A program made the position numbers and the translations under genes. From the NCBI GenBank assembly GCA_051294905.1, contig CM119372.1, positions 28,832,001-28,896,000 of the forward strand: DNA of 64,000 nt, written 5' to 3'. Positions 54,084 through 64,000 of the stretch are shown here, piece after piece (position 1 is the stretch's first letter; each line of letters begins with the position of its first letter). The notes beneath the pieces are model-generated. The model searched no databases and was not told where the DNA came from. It saw only the letters and a program-made list of their open reading frames with translations. Source of the DNA: Botryllus schlosseri (taxonomy: Eukaryota).

Positions 54084-54189
54084 ACCTATACAATGAATAA
54101 ATCGTGTTGAAGCATAGGGGCCATAAACAGTATTTATTGAATTTTTCTAACCTAAATGTGCTCCAATAGTTGTTGAAGTCAATCAGACG

Positions 54190-54660
54190 TCTTTGGTCGA
54201 TCAAAGTTGTCATACAGTTTCTTGAACTTTGCTGAATGCCAGATGCAGAAACCATTAGTAAATACTGCACGCGAGCATCAGTTATATTGGAACGTAGCCT
54301 TGTCTTATTGATGATCATGGTCAAAAATGTTTGATCGCAAACAATGTTCCCCCCAAGCTGCGCAGTGCTGACACGGTCTCTCTGCGCACAGAAAATCTAG
54401 GCCGCGCAAAAAAAAAACCGAAATGATGACCTCATTTTATCGTTACGCAGTGTTGTCCAAGGGACCGCGCAGTGAGTTGGTGAGTGCGCGCGGACTCGTC
54501 AAAAACTAGAGGGAACATTGCTCGCAAATGTATGTAGACCAGAACAGATAGTTTCATGACCATCTTTCTCATGTTGGAAAACTTGATTCATTCTGTAACG
54601 CACAAAATTTGTCTTACTTCTCACCTATCCCTGACTTTCAGATTAGAATTGAATATTATC
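54190..54660 (-). pseudogene. Decayed hAT (Buster/Charlie) transposase C-terminal dimerization region
   Basis: After removing the 179-bp MITE and one TSD, the minus strand reads ..FSNMRKMVMKLSVL/(frameshift)STYICEQTFLTMIINKTRLRSNITDARVQYLLMVSAS.., resembling the STYxCExxFSxMxxxKxxxRSxLTD motif. Confidence 0.82.
54342..54520. mobile_element. 179-bp hAT-type MITE interrupting the transposase remnant
   Basis: TIR CAATGTTCCC / GGGAACATTG; TSD ATCGCAAA / CTCGCAAA (7/8). Confidence 0.88.
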
Positions 54661-56320
54661 TGTATTTAAAATAGCATAACTGGCAATGCGTATAGAGAGC
54701 AAGATTTTCTGATCCTTGCTGCACTGGCATTTGAACAATGATTTTACCTAAACTCTCACACAGACCAGTCCCCCGCATACCAGCAAGGCTTCAATATTGT
54801 GCAGACGTATTTAATTAAATTTCAAGCCACGCCCACAATTGTGCAAGGTTAAGAAGTATCAATGAAGACTGGAGAGCCTCAAGATCCATGGTACAAAACA
54901 GTAAGGCCTAGTTGCAACGCAGAGAATTCTTTGGCAGAAAAATATCACATCTTCACACACGAGTTTCACAATGTTACATATGTTGAGGCAATGACTACCC
55001 TTCTACTTTCAAATCATAGTCGAGTTCAATCTCGTTGTACGGATACGCGAACAGAATGCGATTGGAGGCTATGGAAGCAATCAAGCCGACTTTCATTGTG
55101 ACGATGCGACAAATACAAACGGCAAAACACTATGCACGAACACATTAATAAACAACAAACGCGAATCTATATGATTTCAGAAGAGGACAATTGAGATTTT
55201 GTATAAATAACAAGATGAAGAAAAATTTAGTAGATCACGACAGAGCATCCGGAATCGTACTCTCAACCACGACGACAAAAAAAAAAAAAAAAGTTGAAGC
55301 GACAAGTCAGCATGCCGCGTTAATTTGCGTCGTGCAGCGGTGAGCTGAAATAAAACGGCTTATATTCCCCATTTCCCGCCGTGGTTCGTTCTGATTTCTC
55401 CAGCAGTGTACGGGGGATGATGTCGCGATGGTTTTCTTTGTTTGTTGGGCTGAAGTAATCTGGCTTTGTTGACAACTTCGACTCGTCACAGAGATTCACG
55501 ACTGTTTTAACGTCGAACGTAGTGTTCGCTTCGTCTGAAAACACGGAAATGAAATCGGTTTGAAACACAATATCCCGTGATCGTGATCGCAGTTACTGAC
55601 GAAGAAATAAATATACCAAATACTTGGTTTGTTGATTTATTTTCCCCCTCGGAACGAACGTGGCCATATAACACGTTTTGAGTTGGCCTACACCTCGATT
55701 TGTTCTCGTGGACCTGCGATATAGCAATGGCGTCTGACCTTTACATCGTTATAGTGTCTGTTTCTGGGTAAGATTTCACGATTAGCGGTTAGTAGGCCTT
55801 TTCCGTATAGTGCGAGCCTAATTTCTTTTTCACCTAGCTCTCCTGAACTGATCATATACACTTCATGTATTTCGATAAGCGCCTGGATTGTGGCGAGAAT
55901 TGATGACAGTCGGCAGATCAGAAATTAATCTACAATAGGCTTTCCCTATATTCCTCGCTTTTGTAGCTGTGAAAACTTTGCATTGCTATGTCACGCTTCT
56001 GTAATCCTATACCGGCTCTTTATTGGCAAAGCGAATATCAGAGCACCATGGAGATGACCATAAACCGCAAGATAATGATTATCGCACTTTTAAGCAAGGA
56101 ATGGACGGTGGAATTCGCAATTGGACGCCGCAGTCAGTCCAATATCATCGATGACGTCCCAATCATATTTGGCGTTCGCGTCTAGTAGAAACTATTTCAT
56201 TTTGCTTCGGCTATTCAAAGCGCACTTGGTGAATGCATTTATGCATATGTGGAGAGCGTGCTCACCACAATATTTATTTTGTTGTATGAAATTGGGTGTC
56301 AATAAATTTCTGGAAAACTC

Positions 56321-56484
56321 ATACTTACCTGACGAGGCAGTGAACCATGATCAAAAAGGCGGTTCTGCCCGGGCGAGGCCTAGCCATTGCACTTCGGCTT
56401 GGTTGACCTCGGCGATTACCCCAAATGTGGGTAACTCGGTCGTGTTATTTCTGGTAGTGGGGTCTGCGTTCGCGCTAACCCTTT
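56321..56484 (+). ncRNA. U1: U1 snRNA (Sm TATTTCTGG)
   Basis: ATACTTACCTG, ATTGCAC, SL IV. Confidence 0.94.
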
Positions 56485-56749
56485 CCATCCAACCAACCAT
56501 ACTAATTAAATAGCTCACAGTGCACGGAAAAGAATTCGCGGCCGGCGGCTCTCGTAACGACCCTCACTTACATGCATTCTCGCAAAGCCGCTGATTATAA
56601 TAAATATACCAAATACTTGGTTTGTTGATTTATTTTCCCCCTCGGAACGAACGTGGCCATATAACACGTTTTGAGTTGGCCTACACCTCGATTTGTTCTC
56701 GTGGACCTGCGATATAGCAATGGCGTCTGACCTTTACATCGTTATAGTG

Positions 56750-57608
56750 CAGGGGCTGGCAGCTTCTCCAGTCGGCGGGCCGGATAGAGGAAAATTAGGT
56801 ACTTGGCGGGCCGGATTGCTGAATCGACACATTATTCGCCCATTTATCCACATATACAAGGAATAAATCGTATTTAATAAATGTATTTTAACGACAGCAA
56901 TGTCGCTTCAAAGCCATTTCTCCGATAATGGCGAGGACAGTGTGGATTTGAGAATAACATTATCATACAGGCGCCGCCATGTCTGCTTCACTCTGATCAA
57001 TCAACACACGGTGCAATCCCTAGTTAAGATTTCAAGTCGTTCGATGACCCCGGTAACCCTAATTTACCAAGATATCAATTCATTAGGGTTGAGTAGGTGC
57101 CGTGATAGCGTCGTTGTTCAACGGTGTGGCGTAAATAATCTCGAATATTTAATTCATACGGCCCGCGTTTTCTACAAAATTTGAAAACTGGCCTGTGACC
57201 CGTTTTGAGATGGCGACCCCTGGAATATGCGGTGCCTTACAAAAGCCTAGAAGTGTGGCGTGCTACAAGTCGGCGGTTGCAGAATCGAAAATAAGAAATA
57301 TATCAGTCTGGTGTAAATGACCATTGTAGTCGACAAAAATCATGATTCCCACAGACGACATTAGGGTTGAGTGCATATCGCAAATGCCGATAATGCAAGT
57401 CTTCTCGCTTCGACGAACTTACGCGTATGCTCCACTCTCGCAACGATGCGCACACACGTATATAATAATATACAGTCACTTAAATTTGACGTAGTATGCA
57501 AGTAGTGGGGGATCTCGACAGACTGGGGTCGCGGCCACATTATCATGTAAGACGGAAAACCGTCCGCGGGCCGGATCCGGCCCGCGGGCCGTATGTTGCC
57601 CACCCCTG
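56750..57608. mobile_element. hAT MITE, 859-bp form
   Basis: Same TIRs, TSD and site. Confidence 0.92.
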
Positions 57609-58180
57609 TTATAGTGTCTGTTTCTGGGTAAGATTTAACGATTAGCGGTTAGTAGGCCTTTTCCGTATAGTGCGAGCCTAATTTCTTTTTCACCTAGCTC
57701 TCCTGAACTGATCATATACACTTCATGTATTTCGATAAGCGCCTGGATTGTGGCGAGAATTGATGACAGTCGGCAGATCAGAAATTAATCTACAATAGGC
57801 TTTCCCTATATGCCTCGCTTTTGTAGCTGTGAAAACTTTGCATTGCTATGTCACGCTTCTGTAATCCTATACCGGCTCTTTATTGGCAAAGCGAATATCA
57901 GAGCACCATGGAGATGACCATAAACCGCAAGATAATGATTATCGCACTTTTAAGCAAGGAATGGACGGTGGAATTCGCAATTGGACGCCGCAGTCAGTCC
58001 AATATCATCGATGACGTCCCAATCATATTTGGCGTTCGCGTCTAGTAGAAACTATTTCATTTTGCTTCGGCGATTCAAAGCGCACTTGGTGAATGCATTT
58101 ATGCATATGTGGAGAGCGTGCTCACCACAATATTTATTTTTTTGTATGAAATTGGGTGTCAATAAATTTCTGGAAAACTC

Positions 58181-58343
58181 ATACTTACCTGACGAGGCAG
58201 TGAACCATGAACGAAAGGCGGATCTGCCCGGGCGAGGCCTAGCCATTGCACTTCGGCTTGGTTGACCTCGGCGATTACCCCAAATGTGGGTAACTCGGTC
58301 GTGTAATTTCTGGTAGTGGGGTCTGCGTTCGCGCTAACCCTTT
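58181..58343 (+). ncRNA. U1: U1 snRNA variant (loop I GAACGAAAG)
   Basis: ATACTTACCTG, ATTGCAC, Sm AATTTCTGG. Confidence 0.93.
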
Positions 58344-58608
58344 CCATCCAACCAACCATACTAATTAAATAGCTCACAGTGCACGGAAAAGAATTCGTGG
58401 CCACCGGCTCTCGTAACGAGACTCACTTACATGCATTCTCGCAAAGCCGCTGATTATTATAAATAAACCAAATACTTGGTTTGTTGATTTATTTTCCCCC
58501 TCGGAACGAACGTGGCCATATAACACGTTTTGAGTTGGCCTACACCTCGATTTGTTCTCGTGGACCTGCGATATAGCAATGGCGTCTGACCTTTACATCG
58601 TTATAGTG

Positions 58609-59490
58609 CAGGGGCTGGCAGCTTCTCCAGTCGGCGGGCCGGATAGAGGAAAATTAGGTACTTGGCGGGCCGGATTGCTGAATCGACACATTATTCGCCC
58701 ATTTATCCACATATACAAGGAATAAATCGTATTTAATAAATGTATTTTAACGACAGCAATGTCGCTTCAAAGCCATTTCTCCGATAATGGCGAGGACAGT
58801 GTGGATTTGAGAATAACATTATCATACAGGCGCCGCCATGTCTGCTTCACTCTGATCAATCAACACACGGTGCAATCCCTAGTTAAGATTTCAAGTTGTT
58901 CGATGACCCCGGTAACCCTAATTTACCAAGATATCAATTCATTAGGGTTGAGTAGGTGCCGTGATAGCGTCGTTGTTCAACGGTGTGGCGTAAATAATCT
59001 CGAATATTTAATTCATACGGCCCGCGTTTTCTACAAAATTTGAAAACTGGCCTGTGACCCGTTTTGAGATGGCGACCCCTGGAATATGCGGTGCCTTACA
59101 AAAGCCTAGAAGTGTGGCGTGCTACAAGTCGGCGGTTGCAGAATCGAAAATAAGAAATATATCAGTCTGGTGTAAATGACCATTGTAGTCGACAAAAATC
59201 ATGATTCCCACAGACGACATTAGGGTTGAGTGCATATCGCAAATGCCGATAATGCAAGTCTTCTCGCTTCGACGAACTTACGCGTATGCTCCACTCTCGC
59301 AACGATGCGCACACACGTATATAATAATATACAGTCACTTAAATTTGACGTAGTATGCAAGTAGTGGGGGATCTCGACAGACTGGGGTCGCGGGCCACAT
59401 TATCATGTAAGACGGAAAACCGTCCGCGGGCCGGACAAAATCCCTTCGCGGGCCGGATCCGGCCCGCGGGCCGTGTGTTGCCCACCCCTG
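58609..59490. mobile_element. hAT MITE, 882-bp recombinant form
   Basis: Same TIRs, TSD and site; left part like copy 37298, right end like copy 43817. Confidence 0.92.
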
Positions 59491-60062
59491 TTATAGTGTC
59501 TGTTTCTGGGTAAGATTTAACGATTAGCGGTTAGTAGGCCTTTTCCGTATAGTGCGAGCCTAATTTCTTTTTCACCTAGCTCTCCTGAACTGATCATATA
59601 CACTTCATGTATTTCGATAAGCGCCTGGATTGTGGCGAGAATTGATGACAGTCGGCAGATCAGAAATTAATCTACAATAGGCTTTCCCTATATTCCTCGC
59701 TTTTGTAGCTGTGAAAACTTTGCATTGCTATGTCACGCTTCTGTAATCCTATACCGGCTCTTTATTGGCAAAGCGAATATCACAGCACCATGGAGATGAC
59801 CATAAACCGCAAGATAATGATTATCACACTTTTAAGCAAGGAATGGACGGTGGAATTCGCAATTGGACGCCGCAGTCAGTCCAATATCATCGATGACGTC
59901 CCAATCATATTTGGCGTTCGCGTCTAGTAGAAACTATTTCATTTTGCTTCGGCTATTCAAAGCGCACTTGGTGAATGCATTTATGCATATGTGGAGAGCG
60001 TGCTCACCACAATATTTATTTTGTTGTATGAAATTGGGTGTCAATAAATTTCTGGAAAACTC

Positions 60063-60226
60063 ATACTTACCTGACGAGGCAGTGAACCATGATCAAAAAG
60101 GCGGTTCTGCCCGGGCGAGGCCTAGCCATTGCACTTCGGCTTGGTTGACCTCGGCGATTACCCCAAATGTGGGTAACTCGGTCGTGTTATTTCTGGTAGT
60201 GGGGTCTGCGTTCGCGCTAACCCTTT
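60063..60226 (+). ncRNA. U1: U1 snRNA (Sm TATTTCTGG)
   Basis: ATACTTACCTG, ATTGCAC, SL IV. Confidence 0.94.
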
Positions 60227-61055
60227 CCATCCAACCAACCATACTAATTAAATAGCTCGCAGTGCACGGAAAAGAATTAGCGGCCGGCGGCTCTCGTAAC
60301 GACCCTCACTTACATGCATTCTCGCAAAGCCGCTGATTATAATAAATATACCAAATACTTGGTTTGTTGATTTATTTTCCCCCTCGGAACGAACGTGGCC
60401 ATATAACACGTTTTGAGTTGGCCTACACCTCGATTTGTTCTCGTGGACCTGCGATATAGCAATGGCGTCTGACCTTTACATCGTTATAGTGTCTGTTTCT
60501 GGGTAAGATTTCACGATTAGCGGTTAGTAGGCCTTTTCCGTATAGTGCGAGCCTAATTTCTTTTTCACCTAGCTCTCCTGAACTGATCATATACACTTCA
60601 TGTATTTCGATAAGCGCCTGGATTGTGGCGAGAATTGATGACAGTCGGCAGATCAGAAATTAATCTACAATAGGCTTTCCCTATATTCCTCGCTTTTGTA
60701 GCTGTGAAAACTTTGCATTGCTATGTCACGCTTCTGTAATCCTATACCGGCTCTTTATTGGCAAAGCGAATATCACAGCACCATGGAGATGACCATAAAC
60801 CGCAAGATAATGATTATCACACTTTTAGGCAAGGAATGGACGGTGGAATTCGCAATTGGACGCCGCAGTCAGTCCAATATCATCGATGACGTCCCAATCA
60901 TATTTGGCGTTCGCGTCTAGTAGAAACTATTTCATTTTGCTTCGGCTATTCAAAGCGCACTTGGTGAATGCATTTATGCATATGTGGAGAGCGTGCTCAC
61001 CACAATATTTATTTTTTTGTATGAAATTGGGTGTCAATAAATTTCTGGAAAACTC

Positions 61056-61218
61056 ATACTTACCTGACGAGGCAGTGAACCATGAACGAAAGGCGGATCT
61101 GTCCGGGCGAGGACTAGCCATTGCACTTCGGCTTGGTTGACCTCGGCGATTACCCCAAATGTGGGTAACTCGGTCGTGTAATTTCTGGTAGTGGGGTCTG
61201 CGTTCGCGCTAACCCTTT
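61056..61218 (+). ncRNA. U1: U1 snRNA variant (loop I GAACGAAAG plus stem I/II substitutions)
   Basis: Same variants as copy at 46264. Confidence 0.92.
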
Positions 61219-62026
61219 CCATCCAACCAACCATACTAATTAAATAGCTCACAGTGCACGGAAAAGAATTCGTGGCCGGCGGCTCTCGTAACGACCCTCA
61301 CTTACATGCATTCTCGCAAAGCCGCTGATTATAATAAATATACCAAATACTTGGTTTGTTGATTTATTTTCCCCCTCGGAACGAACGTGGCCATATAACA
61401 CGTTTTGAGTTGGCCTACACCTCAATTTGTTCTCGTGGACCTGCGATATAGCAATGGCGTCTGACCTTTACATCGTTATAGTGTCTGTTTCTGGGTAAGA
61501 TTTCACGATTAGCGGTTAGTAGGCCTTTTCCGTATAGTGCGAGCCTAATTTCTTTTTCACCTAGCTCTCCTGAACTGATCATATACACTTCATGTATTTC
61601 GATAAGCGCCTGGATTGTGGCGAGAATTGATGACAGTCGGCAGATCAGAAATTAATCTACAATAGGCTTTCCTTATATGCCTCGCTTTTGTAGCTGTGAA
61701 AACTTTGCATTGCTATGTCACGCTTCTGTAATCCTATACCGGCTCTTTATTGCCAAAGCGAATATCAGAGCACCATGGAGATGACCATAACACGCAAGAT
61801 AATGATTATCGCGCTTTTGAGCAAGGAATGGACGGTGGAGGCGTCCAATATCATCGATGACGTCCCAATCATATTTGGCGTTCGCGTCTAGTAGAAACTA
61901 TTTCATTTTGTTTCGGCGATTCAAAGCGCACTTGGTGAATGCATTTATGCATATGTGGAGAGCGTGCTCACCACAATATTTATTTTGTTGTATGAAATTG
62001 GGTGTCAATAAATTTCTGGAAAACTC

Positions 62027-62190
62027 ATACTTACCTGACGAGGCAGTGAACCATGATCAAAAAGGCGGTTCTGCCCGGGCGAGGCCTAGCCATTGCACTT
62101 CGGCTTGGTTGACCTCGGCGATTACCCCAAATGTGGGTAACTCGGTCGTGTAATTTCTGGTAGTGGGGTCTGCGTTCGCGCTAACCCTTT
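62027..62190 (+). ncRNA. U1: U1 snRNA, array-consensus type
   Basis: All U1 motifs intact. Confidence 0.97.
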
Positions 62191-62455
62191 CCATCCAACC
62201 AACCATACTAATTAAATAGCTCACAGTGCACGGAAAAGAATTCGTGGCCAGCGGCTCTCGTAACGACACTCACTTACATGCATTCTCGCAAAGCCGCTGA
62301 TTATTATAAATAAACCAAATACTTGGTTTGTTGATTTATTTTCCCCCTCGGAACGAACGTGGCCATATAACACGTTTTGAGTTGGCCTACACCTCGATTT
62401 GTTCTCGTGGACCTGCGATATAGCAATGGCGTCTGACCTTTACATCGTTATAGTG

Positions 62456-63337
62456 CAGGGGCTGGCAGCTTCTCCAGTCGGCGGGCCGGATAGAGGAAAA
62501 TTAGGTACTTGGCGGGCCGGATTGCTGAATCGACACATTATTTGCCCATTTATCCACATATACAAGGAATAAATCGTATTTAATAAATGTATTTTAACGA
62601 CAGCAATGTCGCTTCAAAGCCATTTCTCCGATAATGGCGAGGACAGTGTGGATTTGAGAATAACATTGTCATACAGGCGCCGCCATGTCTGCTTCACTCT
62701 GATCAATCAACACACGGTGCAATCCCTAGTTAAGATTTCAAGTCGTTCGATGATCCCGGTAACCCTAATTTACCAAGATATCAATTCATTAGGGTTGAGT
62801 AGATGCCGTGATAGCGTCGTTGTTCAACTGTGTGGCGTAAATAATCTCGAATATTGAATTCATACGGCCCGCGTTTTCTACAAAATTTGAAAACTGGCCT
62901 GTGACCCGTTTTGAGATGGCGACCCCTGGAATATGCGGTGCCTTACAAAAGCCTAGAAGTGTGGCGTGCTACAAGTCGGCGGTTGCAGAATCGAAAATAA
63001 GAAATATATCAGTCTGGTGTAAATGACCATTGTAGTCGACAAAAATCATGATTACCACAGACGACATTAGGGTTGAGTGCATATCGCAAATGCCGATAAT
63101 GCAAGTCTTCTCGCTTCGACGAACTTACGCGTATGCTCCACTCTCGCAACGATGCGCACACACGTATATAATAATATACAGTCACTTAAATTTGACGTAG
63201 TATGCAAGTAGTGGGGGATCTCGACAGACTGGGGTCGCGGGCCACATTATGATGTAAGACGGAAAACCGTCCGCGGGCCGGACAAAATCCCTTCGCGGGC
63301 CGGATCCGGCCCGTGGGCCGTGTGTTGCCCACCCCTG
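62456..63337. mobile_element. hAT MITE, 882-bp form (right TSD TTACAGTG)
   Basis: Same TIRs and site; matches copy 47664. Confidence 0.92.
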
Positions 63338-63909
63338 TTACAGTGTCTGTTTCTGGGTAAGATTTAACGATTAGCGGTTAGTAGGCCTTTTCCGTATAGT
63401 GCGAGCCTAATTTCTTTTTCACCTAGCTCTCCTGAACTGATCATATACACTTCATGTATTTCGATAAGCGCCTGGATTGTGGCGAGAATTGATGACAGTC
63501 GGCAGATCAGAAATTAATCTACAATAGGCTTTCCCTATATTCCTCGCTTTTGTAGCTGTGAAAACTTTGCATTGCTATGTCACGCTTCTGTAATCCTATA
63601 CCGGCTCTTTATTGGCAAAGCGAATATCAGAGCACCATGGAGATGACCATAAACCGCAAGATAATGATTATCGCACTTTTAAGCAAGGAATGGACGGTGG
63701 AATTCGCAATTGGACGCCGCAGTCAGTCCAATATCATCGATGACGTCCCAATCATATTTGGCGTTCGCGTCTAGTAGAAACTATTTCATTTTGCTTCGGC
63801 TATTCAAAGCGCACTTGGTGAATGCATTTATGCATATGTGGAGAGCGTGCTCACCACAATATTTATTTTGTTGTATGAAATTGGGTGTCAATAAATTTCT
63901 GGAAAACTC

Positions 63910-64000
63910 ATACTTACCTGACGAGGCAGTGAACCATGATCAAAAAGGCGGTTCTGCCCGGGCGAGGCCTAGCCATTGCACTTCGGCTTGGTTGACCTCG
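63910..64000 (+). ncRNA. U1: U1 snRNA, truncated by window end
   Basis: ATACTTACCTG, GATCAAAAAG, ATTGCAC. Confidence 0.93.

Larger units (their letters stand above)
52444..54660 (-). mobile_element. Relic of a transposase-bearing hAT Buster/Charlie element of the array-MITE family (one end visible, other boundary uncertain)
   Basis: Starts CAGGGGCGGGCAACTTC after ACCTAGGC; first ~110 bp homologous to the array MITE end, continues after the inner insertion into transposase-like sequence. Confidence 0.75.
55606..64000 (+). repeat. U1 snRNA tandem gene array, block 2 (6 U1 copies, last truncated by window end)
   Basis: Array resumes abruptly mid-spacer at AATAAATATACCAAATAC (~55606) with the same unit structure. 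Confidence 0.96.

Noticed and set aside
52683..54324. ORFs 52683-53090 and 53914-54324 as intact genes
   Set aside because: Both cross nested transposon junctions; only the first ~45 codons of 53914-54324 are transposase-derived.
156..63774. Recurring short ORFs (MSRFCNPIP.., MDAAVSPIS.., MSLQSHFSD.., MEWVSANAD.., MGNIRPAGR..) as protein-coding genes
   Set aside because: They overlap the U1 gene, its promoter or the MITE, gain and lose stops and frameshifts freely between units, and show no recognisable domain; they recur only because the DNA is repeated.
1..64000. CRISPR array or other prokaryotic repeat system
   Set aside because: Repeat units are 1-2 kb with no unique spacers or cas genes; U1 snRNA and hAT elements indicate a eukaryote.

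Overview
This window is eukaryotic (metazoan-like) DNA and almost entirely a head-to-tail tandem array of spliceosomal U1 snRNA genes on the + strand: 38 complete copies, one copy cut by the window end and one degenerate 3' fragment. The basic unit is about 990 bp. In 24 of the 38 complete units the spacer carries the same non-autonomous hAT (Buster/Charlie-type) element of 859-882 bp at an identical site (CAGGGG...CCCCTG ends, 8-bp TSD TTATAGTG), giving units of about 1.84-1.88 kb. Units form higher-order repeats: a 4710-bp three-gene block repeated about three times, and duplicated blocks at offsets of 14792 and 21311 bp. The U1 copies fall into several amplified variant classes with changes in the 5' splice-site-pairing arm (C9G), the U1-70K loop I and the Sm site, while the U1A-binding loop II heptamer is invariant. 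Only five copies match the array consensus throughout. A ~5-kb interruption (about 50640-55605) is an old, diverged U1 unit filled with nested hAT elements, including a decayed Buster-type transposase C-terminus related to the array MITE. No intact protein-coding gene is supported; the repeated ORFs are by-products of the repeat unit. U1 3' ends are approximate (a few nt either way). All counts and coordinates were read by eye.
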